Below, in pieces: positions 9,436 through 18,597 of a DNA stretch of 64,000 bases. This DNA is from a virus, in IMG/VR virus record IMGVR_UViG_3300033146_001917, positions 1-64,000 of that record. The stretch is one strand, 5' to 3'. The notes under the pieces were generated by a model. That model was not told where the DNA came from. It did not search any database and saw only the letters and a program-made list of their open reading frames with translations. A program made the translations under genes and the position numbers. The first letter of the stretch is position 1; each line of letters starts with the position of its first letter.

Positions 9436-9633
9436 ATGAATATAATTATTGAAGTAGACGATACAGATCCACACGAGTATCGTCTTACAGTTCCATTAAT
9501 GAGTTTACAAGATTTTTGGACCATAATAGCTGATATAAAGACCAGAATCGAAGAAGGCGAATTTGATCCTGGACAAACAGAACATCTTGAACTTTTATCG
9601 TCTTCAATTAAAAATAACGATTTCGATAATTAA
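9436..9633 (+). CDS. hypothetical protein
   Basis: Small ORF tiling with its neighbours. Confidence 0.45.
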   Translation: MNIIIEVDDTDPHEYRLTVPLMSLQDFWTIIADIKTRIEEGEFDPGQTEHLELLSSSIKNNDFDN

Positions 9634-9641
9634 GGTATGTA

Positions 9642-9836
9642 ATGAAAAGTAAACTAATCGGAGAAACACAACATCCGAAAGAAATAGCTTTAATTACCCA
9701 ATTATCAACAACTAGCAAATCTTATTGGACATTTTATATCCTTAGAGCTGGGAAAATACTCTGGGATAATAACGAATTTAACACCTTAAAAGCGGTGAGA
9801 GAACATGTCCTAAACAATAATTTTCAAGCACAATAA
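9642..9836 (+). CDS. hypothetical protein
   Basis: TAAGG RBS. Confidence 0.45.
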   Translation: MKSKLIGETQHPKEIALITQLSTTSKSYWTFYILRAGKILWDNNEFNTLKAVREHVLNNNFQAQ

Positions 9837-9858
9837 ACATTCATTCCTAAAGGACATT

Positions 9859-10074
9859 ATGCGTAAATGTAATCAAAAACTTACTGTTGATATTCTAGAT
9901 TATGATATAGATATTCATGAACTTATCGAATATATACTTGATAAAGGTATAATATCTGATGTTTGGGAAGAACTATGTACCAATTTAGATAACTCCACGA
10001 TGGAAGAAATAGCAGAAAATTTATCTCCCAATGCAGTAAGTATACTAGAAGAAGTACTTGAATTAATAGAATAG
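9859..10074 (+). CDS. hypothetical acidic protein
   Basis: AAGGA RBS. Confidence 0.5.
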   Translation: MRKCNQKLTVDILDYDIDIHELIEYILDKGIISDVWEELCTNLDNSTMEEIAENLSPNAVSILEEVLELIE

Positions 10075-10090
10075 AATTGGTAACACATAG

Positions 10091-10507
10091 ATGAGGACAC
10101 AAACTGATTTATGGAAATGGAACGAAAACTATGATTCTGGCACAATACCAGGATATACAACATGGCTATATAAACAGAATAGACTTAGACGTCCAGAAGA
10201 ATTTGTAGATAGTAGTGATATGTATGCAACACATCTATCTTCTCAAGATATATTGCGTTTGCTAAAGATAATTAACTCTTTAGAACAACAAGTTAAGTTT
10301 CTAAAAGATGATATAACAAACTGTAATATTTCTATTGATAATCTACATACTCAAGTTACACAAGAACATCGCAAACTTACATCATATGGATATCATAAAT
10401 TAAATTGTAAGTTTTTAAAAAATAGATTTCGAAAACCCCATAGCGAAGAAAGTACATGTGATTGCGGATGGATACAAATAAAAAAACAATTCAAAACGTC
10501 TCTATAG
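10091..10507 (+). CDS. hypothetical protein (coiled coil plus Zn-binding motif)
   Basis: HKLNC...CDCGW. Confidence 0.5.
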   Translation: MRTQTDLWKWNENYDSGTIPGYTTWLYKQNRLRRPEEFVDSSDMYATHLSSQDILRLLKIINSLEQQVKFLKDDITNCNISIDNLHTQVTQEHRKLTSYGYHKLNCKFLKNRFRKPHSEESTCDCGWIQIKKQFKTSL

Positions 10508-10977
10508 CAATAAAAAAAATTAATCCTGCAGCATTTGTTCCTTCTATAGCATATCAAAATGATGCTGGATGCGATATACAAGCATGTTTAGATAAAGACA
10601 TAGTACTCAAACCACATTCTAGATCTATGATACCATGTGGATTTGGGATGGCATTACCTAACGGATGGGAAGCTCAAATTAGACCTCGTAGCGGAAATGC
10701 TATTAATTTGGGTTTAACTGTCTTAAATTCACCAGGAACAATTGATTCTGGATATCGTGGCGAAATAAAAATTATTCTATATAATACGTCAGATAAAGAT
10801 ATAATAATTTATCATGGTATGAAAATAGCTCAAATGGTAATAGGGCAAATTCCACTAATACATTTTTATGAAACAGATACATTACCTAAATCAGAACGAG
10901 GGGAAAAGGGTTTCGGATCAAGCAATAAGATACCTGGCAAAATTTCTACTTACAAGATTAGAGACCAGACGTATTAA
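10462..10977 (+). CDS. dut: trimeric dUTPase
   Basis: AGCDI, RPRSG, GTIDSGYRGE, KIAQ and RGEKGFGSS motifs. Confidence 0.95.
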   Translation: MRMDTNKKTIQNVSIAIKKINPAAFVPSIAYQNDAGCDIQACLDKDIVLKPHSRSMIPCGFGMALPNGWEAQIRPRSGNAINLGLTVLNSPGTIDSGYRGEIKIILYNTSDKDIIIYHGMKIAQMVIGQIPLIHFYETDTLPKSERGEKGFGSSNKIPGKISTYKIRDQTY

Positions 10978-11210
10978 ATTTCTCTCACAAATAGAAATAA
11001 AAAATGATTCACCAAATACAAGATTGTTTGTGTGACACCTGGGAATTAAAAGAATATCTTCGATATTGCTCTACTATATCATTATTACACCTAATTAAAC
11101 TTATTAATCCATCTAAAGATAGATATTTATCTTATAACCTACACTCAATAGCTGATCTATATGACACAAGACCAACTAATGAATGGCCTAACAAATAAGG
11201 CAATTATAAT

Positions 11211-12305
11211 ATGGAATTAGACACCTTATACCACAAGGGTCGTTCAGGAAAAATTTATTCTTGGACTATTTGGACAGAACAAAATACAATCATTACAGAG
11301 TATGGCACTAGTGATGGTGAAAAAACCAAGACCCAAAAGATAGTCACTGCCAAAAACATTGGCAAAAAAAATGAAATATCTAGTGAACAACAAGCTATTA
11401 AAGAAGCAAAAGCTCAACATAAAAAGAAAATTGATAAAGGATATAAACTAACAAAAGCAGCTACCAATGAAACGATATTTCTTCCTATGTTGGCTACAGA
11501 TTATAATAAAACATATTTGAAGAAGAATAAAACAATTACGTTTCCAGTTGACGTACAACCAAAACTTGATGGTGTACGTTGTCTTGCATTGTGGCAAGAT
11601 GGGGAAATAGTACTTATGACTCGCGGAGGAAAGAAATTTAATCTTCCTCACATAGCTAATGATTTAGCTAAATGGTTACCTGCTGAGACTATGCTTGATG
11701 GAGAAATATATACACATGGTATGAGTCTACAAAATATAAACAAATTATGGAAAAAACAAAGAAAGGATACGCCGCATTTAAAATACTGTATATTTGACGC
11801 TGTATCCAATAACGATTATACAGCTGTATGGTCTAGCCGACTTTCTAACTTAAATGCATTAAATAATACATCAACTTGTGAAATTGTTCCTTCGTATACT
11901 ATTAATACACCAGAAGAGATATTTGAATACCTAGACAAGTTTGAGAAACAAGGATATGAAGGAATTATATTCCGTATACAATCTGGAACATATGAATTAG
12001 GCTATAGATCTAGTAATCTATTGAAATTAAAAAAATTCAAAGATGCTGAATTTCGAATAATCGGATATCACGAGGGAACAGGATCAGATATAGGTACAGT
12101 AATATGGGAATGTGAAACAGTAGATAAAGGCATCTTTTCTGTTCGCCCAATAGGCACACGAGAAGATCGTCGAAAATATTTTTTAGACGCTGAATCTTTT
12201 ATTGGACGATACTTAACTGTAAAATTTCAAACATATTCAAATGATAAAATACCAATTTTTCCAGTTGGCATTACTATCCGAGAACCAGAAGATATAAATA
12301 GTTAA
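11211..12305 (+). CDS. lig: ATP-dependent DNA ligase with N-terminal WGR-like extension
   Basis: PMLA, QPKLDGVRC, LDGEIY, GYEGII, LLKLK and PIFP motifs. Confidence 0.9.
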   Translation: MELDTLYHKGRSGKIYSWTIWTEQNTIITEYGTSDGEKTKTQKIVTAKNIGKKNEISSEQQAIKEAKAQHKKKIDKGYKLTKAATNETIFLPMLATDYNKTYLKKNKTITFPVDVQPKLDGVRCLALWQDGEIVLMTRGGKKFNLPHIANDLAKWLPAETMLDGEIYTHGMSLQNINKLWKKQRKDTPHLKYCIFDAVSNNDYTAVWSSRLSNLNALNNTSTCEIVPSYTINTPEEIFEYLDKFEKQGYEGIIFRIQSGTYELGYRSSNLLKLKKFKDAEFRIIGYHEGTGSDIGTVIWECETVDKGIFSVRPIGTREDRRKYFLDAESFIGRYLTVKFQTYSNDKIPIFPVGITIREPEDINS

Positions 12306-12355
12306 GTTAGAGTTCAGACAAACAATAATTTGAAATTAAAATAATTGAGTCATCA

Positions 12356-12979
12356 ATGAGAATAGTAGCAATATCAGATACTCACAGACATCATAGTGCT
12401 GTAGACATACCTGATGGTGACATATTAGTCCATGCAGGTGATATTGGATGTGAATATGGATTTAAGATGCTTACACAATTTGCGTCTTGGTTAGACACAC
12501 TTCCGCATAAAAATAAAATTATTATTGCTGGAAATCATGATTTAGCAATCGAAGACGACCAACTTCGTACAAAGGATATATTGTCAAAATACAACTATTT
12601 ACAAGATGAACAAGTAATTATAGATGGCATTAAGTTCTATGGGTCTCCCTGGTCACCAAGATTTTTCGATTGGGCATTCAATGCTAACCGTGGAGCTGAC
12701 TTAAAACAAAAATGGTCTAAAATTCCAAATAATACAGATGTGTTAGTTACTCATGGTCCTCCATATAAAATATTAGATTATGTACCTTCGAGCAATGAAT
12801 ATACAGGATGCAAAGAACTGAGGGCTAAAGTCATGGAAATACAACCCAAGGTACATATATTTGGTCATATTCACGAAGGATATGGGATACAACATTTTAA
12901 TAATACTTGGTTTATTAACGCTTCTATTTGTAATGAGTGCAATTGTGTAACTAACAAACCTCAAATAATTGAGCTATAG
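12356..12979 (+). CDS. calcineurin-like metallophosphoesterase
   Basis: SDTH, HAGD, AGNHD, THGPP and GHIHE motifs. Confidence 0.9.
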   Translation: MRIVAISDTHRHHSAVDIPDGDILVHAGDIGCEYGFKMLTQFASWLDTLPHKNKIIIAGNHDLAIEDDQLRTKDILSKYNYLQDEQVIIDGIKFYGSPWSPRFFDWAFNANRGADLKQKWSKIPNNTDVLVTHGPPYKILDYVPSSNEYTGCKELRAKVMEIQPKVHIFGHIHEGYGIQHFNNTWFINASICNECNCVTNKPQIIEL

Positions 12980-12987
12980 GAAATAAG

Positions 12988-13587
12988 TTGGAAAAATTCC
13001 CTTGGAAATCTTTATCGTGGCTTCTATTGCCTATTTGCTATACAGTAATATTTTTTGCCGTCCTGTTCACTCCTCAAGAATTATCGATGAATGAACATAT
13101 TATTCTGATAGTATCAGAACTTACAGCATGGACGATAGGTATTGTATTAGTAATATGGGAATATTCAAAATGGGAACGTTACAGTCCTAAATGTATTACA
13201 GAACAAGGGACAAAAATAGTATTTAATACGTATGTGCTTTTACCAAATTACATTAAGAAACATATGGAAAAAGCAATTAATTTATTTATTGAATACGTTA
13301 CAGAACATACAGATACAAACAAGGATGAATTAAATAAATTATTTTCAAATATAACAGTAATTATTCATCAAAAACCAATCATTTATAAGAAAAAGAAATT
13401 TAATGGATTAACCATTCCAGGAATAATCCAAATCAATTGGTTAGAAGGCTGTGGCACAAATGCTTTCTTTCATGAATGTATTCATAGACTTAGACAAGAC
13501 GTATGGAAACTAGAACGCGATGACGAACATAAAGCTGAAAACATATGGCACATTCCAAAAATATTAAAACAAAAATTTAAAAACTAA
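12988..13587 (+). CDS. membrane-anchored HExxH zincin-like protein
   Basis: Two N-terminal TM segments; FFHECIHR. Confidence 0.55.
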   Translation: MEKFPWKSLSWLLLPICYTVIFFAVLFTPQELSMNEHIILIVSELTAWTIGIVLVIWEYSKWERYSPKCITEQGTKIVFNTYVLLPNYIKKHMEKAINLFIEYVTEHTDTNKDELNKLFSNITVIIHQKPIIYKKKKFNGLTIPGIIQINWLEGCGTNAFFHECIHRLRQDVWKLERDDEHKAENIWHIPKILKQKFKN

Positions 13588-13797
13588 TAAAAAGAATGAT
13601 CTGCTTCAGATCATCTTATGAATGGAATCTTCTATTCATCTTTATCATACTGTATTCATTAGATGAATGAATAGAAGACAGGAAGAGGATTTTACTGCAG
13701 CTCAATGCATGAATTAAACTAATATATGAATTAAACAAAACATAGGGTTCTGTTTACTTGTAAACATTAACCTAAAGAGACTATAAATAGATACCAT

Positions 13798-14022
13798 ATG
13801 ATTAATTTTTCAAACAAAATAACCCAAACAATATTTAATATAAATAAGAAAAATATATATACCAAAGATAAGGTTTGGACAATATCAGAAATGCAACAAG
13901 AATTTTATGTACATACAGTTATTGAACCATATGTAATGGTTACCAATAAAATAACAGGCAAACAAGGTACACTTATGTATAAACATAATCCACGAATTTA
14001 CTTCAACTTTGTAGAAGACTAA
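13798..14022 (+). CDS. hypothetical protein
   Basis: WTISEMQQEF...GTLMYKHNPRIYF, a phage-like small protein. Confidence 0.55.
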   Translation: MINFSNKITQTIFNINKKNIYTKDKVWTISEMQQEFYVHTVIEPYVMVTNKITGKQGTLMYKHNPRIYFNFVED

Positions 14023-14028
14023 AATAAC

Positions 14029-14226
14029 ATTATATATGCAACATATATAATTATGGATTATCGCATCACGTAAAAAAACTTACTATTATGGCAATAATAA
14101 ATTTTTTTACTTATCAAAATATAAAATTTTGATAGATTACTTTATGTAACATGAGTTCGTAAAATACTAGGGGTATACCTAGTATCAATTACAACACATA
14201 AATAGTGTTGTGTCATGTTACATAAA
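14029..14226 (+). other. structured leader: three hairpins plus a three-way junction
   Basis: Stems at 14029-14051, 14070-14110 and 14112-14134; a 14-bp stem (14141-14154/14213-14226) encloses hairpins 14164-14185 and 14191-14211. Confidence 0.6.
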
Positions 14227-14261
14227 AAATTTTTTTTCAACATAACATCAAGGAATTAAAA

Positions 14262-14990
14262 ATGAAACTTAATCAAGTTATTGCTATAGAAAAAGGAATC
14301 AAGTCACGAGTCTATAGCACTATTACCCAAGTTAATAAAACTAGCAAGAAATCAGCACTTTTTGAAGGATTTACTAAGCAATATACACCTTCAGATGAAG
14401 AAGGACAGCGATTTCCAGACGAAAAACAAAAAGTACAGTTCCAAACTGGAGCTATTGTAAAACAATTAGCTCATACGTTGCAGGAACTATTCGATATCAC
14501 AGCTCAAAAAGATGTTGGTAATACAATCGCTAAAGCGGACTTAATTATTGATAGTATTACTCTTATGAAAGATGTTCCAGCAACATATTTATTGTTCTTG
14601 GAAAAACAACTAAATGATATCCATACTTTGATTAAGGATTTGCCAATCCTAGATTCAAATTATGATTGGTCAGAAGATATTAACAGCGGTCTATATAAAA
14701 CAGATGCGATCCAAACAGCGAAAACAAAGAAAGTAGTTAAACCACTACTTCTTGCACCTGCAACAACAGAACATCCAGCACAAACTACCACTATTACAGA
14801 AGATGTAATTATTGGATATTGGAAAGCTACGAAACTCTCTGGAGCACTACCACTTCCAAAGCGTGATTTGCTACTTGAAAAAATTATCAGACTAAAGCAA
14901 GCTGTTAAAATAGCTAGAGAACATGCGAATGGAATAGAAATCGATAAGATTAAACCTGGTGCAGAAATCTTAGGATGGTTACTAGGTTAA
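14262..14990 (+). CDS. conserved uncharacterised helical protein (recalled as DUF7873-like, unverified)
   Basis: AAGGA RBS; MKLNQVIAIEKGIKS, VPATYLLFLEKQL and ATTEHPAQ motifs. Confidence 0.7.
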   Translation: MKLNQVIAIEKGIKSRVYSTITQVNKTSKKSALFEGFTKQYTPSDEEGQRFPDEKQKVQFQTGAIVKQLAHTLQELFDITAQKDVGNTIAKADLIIDSITLMKDVPATYLLFLEKQLNDIHTLIKDLPILDSNYDWSEDINSGLYKTDAIQTAKTKKVVKPLLLAPATTEHPAQTTTITEDVIIGYWKATKLSGALPLPKRDLLLEKIIRLKQAVKIAREHANGIEIDKIKPGAEILGWLLG

Positions 14991-15403
14991 GTTTGGAGAT
15001 AATCTAAATTTTAAATTTAGTGATATCTAGTAGTTAAGAGTATTAGCAACCTATATACTTTTAGAGGTTCGAATCCTCTCCCCGGCACATAAATATTTTG
15101 TCGGGGTGGCGAAATGGTAAACGCTATAGCCACTAGATATAAATAAATAGTAGACTCAAGCTATTCTCCAAAATTGAGTATTGCTACATTTTCTGGATCA
15201 ATGTGAAAAACATATTTGTTCAAGACGGTTGTTCGAATCAATCTCGACCCGCCATATATATGGGTTGATGGGGTAGTGGAAGCCCGTGGACACTTAAAAT
15301 AAGTTTTTCTAACAGTCATCAGAAATATAAATTGTAGCATTATGATTGTAATTTTTAGTTACAACACCAGTGCGGGAGAGGATGGCAATTGCCTCTCTCG
15401 TAC
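14991..15403 (+). ncRNA. large structured RNA with two circularly permuted tRNA-like domains
   Basis: T-arm, loop-closed acceptor stem, D-arm order at 15051-15129 and 15227-15285, nested in long-range stems; 3' hairpin at 15370-15403. Confidence 0.8.
15370..15403 (+). terminator. GC-rich 3' hairpin (terminator-like, no U tract)
   Basis: gtgcgggagagg / cctctctcgtac stem. Confidence 0.45.
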
Positions 15404-15437
15404 ACAAACTAGCTTGCAAATTAATTTTTAATATAAG

Positions 15438-15471
15438 TTGCACTTTTAGTTATATTTGATTATAACTAAAA
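15438..15471 (+). promoter_or_regulatory. sigma70-type promoter overlapped by an 11-bp palindrome
   Basis: TTGCAC-N17-TATAAC; ttttagttata/tataactaaaa inverted repeat. Confidence 0.5.
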
Positions 15472-15547
15472 AAAATAGATTAACTCTAAATAATTACAGT
15501 TAATTAGTTTTGATAGGAATAAGGATTCCTAATTTTGTAATTACAAT

Positions 15548-15739
15548 ATGCAATCACCACAATTTAAAAAATTATTAACTATGTTAAAGCGTAAACCGTC
15601 AGATGGATACCCTTCTCATACATGTGCAGTAACTAAATGTGTATTACCATCAGAAGTCATTTTGTTAGATGTTCCTCTATGCGTAAAACATTGGGAAGAT
15701 TATTGTAACGAAAGGCTACGCCGCCCGAGAAAAAAATGA
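15548..15739 (+). CDS. small Zn-finger-like protein
   Basis: CAVTKC...LCVKH. Confidence 0.5.
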   Translation: MQSPQFKKLLTMLKRKPSDGYPSHTCAVTKCVLPSEVILLDVPLCVKHWEDYCNERLRRPRKK

Positions 15740-15918
15740 AATCAAATCGTATGTGGTTAGCTAGTATAGATGCTAATAAATCTATTGAAGTTTCTGAATA
15801 TTCTGACCCGTATGGAACTAATACAATAAAGAAGCACAATAGTATTTATGGTCCATATCTAGCTAAAGACAAAGAAGAAGCACATATGAGAGCAATGTTA
15901 TTCTTTTATAAACAATGA
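15736..15918 (+). CDS. hypothetical protein
   Basis: ATGA overlap with the previous ORF. Confidence 0.45.
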   Translation: MKSNRMWLASIDANKSIEVSEYSDPYGTNTIKKHNSIYGPYLAKDKEEAHMRAMLFFYKQ

Positions 15919-15998
15919 TTGATAAATTTGATTTTTAACTAATTATGTTACAAATGTTTCAACATGAATTGTAAAATCTAGATATAATTAGAGAATAA

Positions 15999-16074
15999 GC
16001 CCTTGTAGCTCAACTGGAAGAGTGCCTGTTTTGTACTCAGGATGTTGGGGGTTCGATTCCCTCCAAGGGCTCCA
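15999..16074 (+). tRNA. tRNA-Thr(TGT)
   Basis: GCCCTTG/CAAGGGC acceptor; anticodon loop TTTGTAC; T loop TTCGATT; encoded CCA. Confidence 0.9.
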
Positions 16075-16106
16075 AATAATCTATACCTTATCCTTGAAAG
16101 GTAATA

Positions 16107-16469
16107 ATGCTATCCATTAGTCATCTAATTCAATCTCCTGAAGTAAATTCTTATGGTTTTTTAAATAATAGTTATATATTTTTCTGGGCGGGTCAAGCTA
16201 CTGAAAAACTAGTAAGTAAATACATTGGTAATCCATGCATATGTATTAAACAAATTATAACAAAAATAAACACGCTATGGGCTATAGATGACACCATAAG
16301 AATAGAAGCAGAAATTGACGAAATTTATACAAATAAAATTATAATAGCCGTATCTATATATGGAATATCTATATTGCAAAATACAGAATTACTAATAGCT
16401 TCTGGAGAAACACTATGTCAATCTGTTGATTCAAATGGATTACCTCAATCAATAACGAAAGTTAGATAA
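16107..16469 (+). CDS. hotdog-fold (acyl-CoA thioesterase-like) protein
   Basis: EVNSYGFLNNSYIFFW...VDSNGLP layout. Confidence 0.55.
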   Translation: MLSISHLIQSPEVNSYGFLNNSYIFFWAGQATEKLVSKYIGNPCICIKQIITKINTLWAIDDTIRIEAEIDEIYTNKIIIAVSIYGISILQNTELLIASGETLCQSVDSNGLPQSITKVR

Positions 16470-16470
16470 A

Positions 16471-17157
16471 ATGACTAGTCTAAAATCATTAATAATTAAC
16501 TCTGTTAATAATTCTTTATTTACAGATAATATTCAAACTTTAATAGACAAACATGTATCACAATTAATAGAGTCAATCATTGGATCTGTATTTAGTAAAT
16601 ACTCTTCATTTGGAACCGCTCTACACGATAAAATCTCAAGACAAGTAGAATTAGCAATAGATAACATAACGCTACCTTCATACAATGACATTGTAGTCAA
16701 GACGGTAACAAGTGTAGTGAATGACACTATGCGCCAATATGGACAAGAACTGCTAGCTAATCAGCTTCAAGATATATTGCAACCTATGAAGCAATTTTCA
16801 TTATCTGAATTAGGGGAATTTATTATCAGAGAATATAGTAATGAGGCATTGTCTGAGCAATGGATAGCACCCACCATAATAATTGAATATTCTAAATATT
16901 CTGACAATAAAGACACATATCATATATATATAGACGGTGAACCAAATATAGAAAAATATAGATGCAAATATTCAATGTTTGTGGCAGCAAATAAAATATC
17001 ATCTGTTACTGTTTATCAAACTAAGTTAGATAACCAACTATTCTTAGGATTGAATTACAATTTAGAACGAGTTTTCCTACAAATGTATCTATCAAAACCT
17101 GCCTTTAAAATCGATATAGATCTAGAAGATATAGTATATATAAATGAGGATCAATAA
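16471..17157 (+). CDS. hypothetical phage protein
   Basis: FSKYSSFG...LPSYN motif; 228 aa. Confidence 0.6.
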   Translation: MTSLKSLIINSVNNSLFTDNIQTLIDKHVSQLIESIIGSVFSKYSSFGTALHDKISRQVELAIDNITLPSYNDIVVKTVTSVVNDTMRQYGQELLANQLQDILQPMKQFSLSELGEFIIREYSNEALSEQWIAPTIIIEYSKYSDNKDTYHIYIDGEPNIEKYRCKYSMFVAANKISSVTVYQTKLDNQLFLGLNYNLERVFLQMYLSKPAFKIDIDLEDIVYINEDQ

Positions 17158-18290
17158 TGTATGAATGGCACAATGGTAAAGTAAAAGCGTGGATTCCAGT
17201 TGCAGAAATTGAAGAAACTGCATTAGAACAGTTATCTGATATTGCACAGCTACCAAATTTGATACATGTAGCAGTAATGCCAGATGTACATGCAGGTAAT
17301 GGTGCAACAATAGGTTCAGTTATAGGAATGCGTGATGCCATTAGTCCTTCAGCTGTTGGAGTTGATATTGGATGTGGAATGACGGCCACTCTAACAAATA
17401 TTGATGCCAGCAGTCTTACTAGAAATACACTTGAGCAAATTCGTGACAAAATATTAAATGTTATTCCTGTAGGATTTAATAGTCGTCTTGCTCCGGTAAC
17501 AGGATATGATTATTTATGGGATAAGTTAGATAATCTTCATCTTGATACATCAGAGGTTATTAATAGAGCACAACGTCAATTAGGAACTCTAGGTGGTGGA
17601 AATCATTTTATTGAATTATCTATTGATGAAGAAAATAAAGTTTGGTTTGTTATCCATACTGGATCTAGACATATAGGGTATTATATAGCTAATAAATATA
17701 TAGAAATTGCAAAAGAGCAATCCACCGAAAAAAAAATACCAATTCTTACAACAGGAACCTCCGTCTATAACAATTATATGGATGATTTACGCTGGGCACA
17801 AGAATATGCCTATATAAATAGGCAAGTAATTAATAAAGATATAGCACTAGTACTTCAAGGCATATTCTCTGATTATTCAGCTATGTCACATATCTCTTGT
17901 CATCACAACTATGCATCCATAGAAAAATATTATGGAGAAGAAATAGTTGTAACAAGAAAAGGTGCAATAAATGCAGAAAAAGGAACTTCTGGAATAATTC
18001 CAGGAGCGATGGGAGATAAAACATATATTGTTACAGGCAATGGATGCCAGGATTCTTTTAATAGTGCTCCACATGGAGCCGGACGAAGAATGTCCCGCCG
18101 AAAAGCAAAGAAAAAATACTCATTTAAAGATTTGAGTCAAACCATGAATAGTATTGTATGTAACGCTAATGAAACAACGATAGATGAAATCAAATTTGCT
18201 TACAAAGATATAGATAATATCATTAAATATTCTCAAGACCTAGTCACTCCACAATACGTATTACGTTCTGTACTGAATATAAAGGGTTGA
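17157..18290 (+). CDS. rtcB: RtcB RNA ligase
   Basis: MPDVHAG, VGVDIGCG, GTLGGGNHF, HTGSR, HHNY, RKGA, HGAGR and terminal KG. Confidence 0.95.
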   Translation: MYEWHNGKVKAWIPVAEIEETALEQLSDIAQLPNLIHVAVMPDVHAGNGATIGSVIGMRDAISPSAVGVDIGCGMTATLTNIDASSLTRNTLEQIRDKILNVIPVGFNSRLAPVTGYDYLWDKLDNLHLDTSEVINRAQRQLGTLGGGNHFIELSIDEENKVWFVIHTGSRHIGYYIANKYIEIAKEQSTEKKIPILTTGTSVYNNYMDDLRWAQEYAYINRQVINKDIALVLQGIFSDYSAMSHISCHHNYASIEKYYGEEIVVTRKGAINAEKGTSGIIPGAMGDKTYIVTGNGCQDSFNSAPHGAGRRMSRRKAKKKYSFKDLSQTMNSIVCNANETTIDEIKFAYKDIDNIIKYSQDLVTPQYVLRSVLNIKG

Positions 18291-18597
18291 CATTAATTCC
18301 TATACGAAACATAAAGGAATATGAGAAATACAATCTAATTAAAAGTAGTTTGATTAAATTGATCATTTCCATTGTGTAGTTTTATCTATACGTAATGGAA
18401 AACAGAGATAGAAATGATAATCAAAATATTTGATTGGAGTTCATTAAAAGATGCTCAAGATTTAAGCTCAATGCGAACTCAATTCGAGTTATGGAATAAG
18501 AATCATAGGACGAAACGTGATGAAATAATCACTTTACAAAGAGAACGCTGGAAACAAAATAAACTATGATATAATCATGATCAAATAGGAGAATATA

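Noticed and set aside
14991-15403. Ordinary tRNA genes or tmRNA
   Set aside because: The arms are in permuted order with no anticodon loop. There is no Ala identity (G3:U70, A73), no evident tag ORF, and no smpB in the window.
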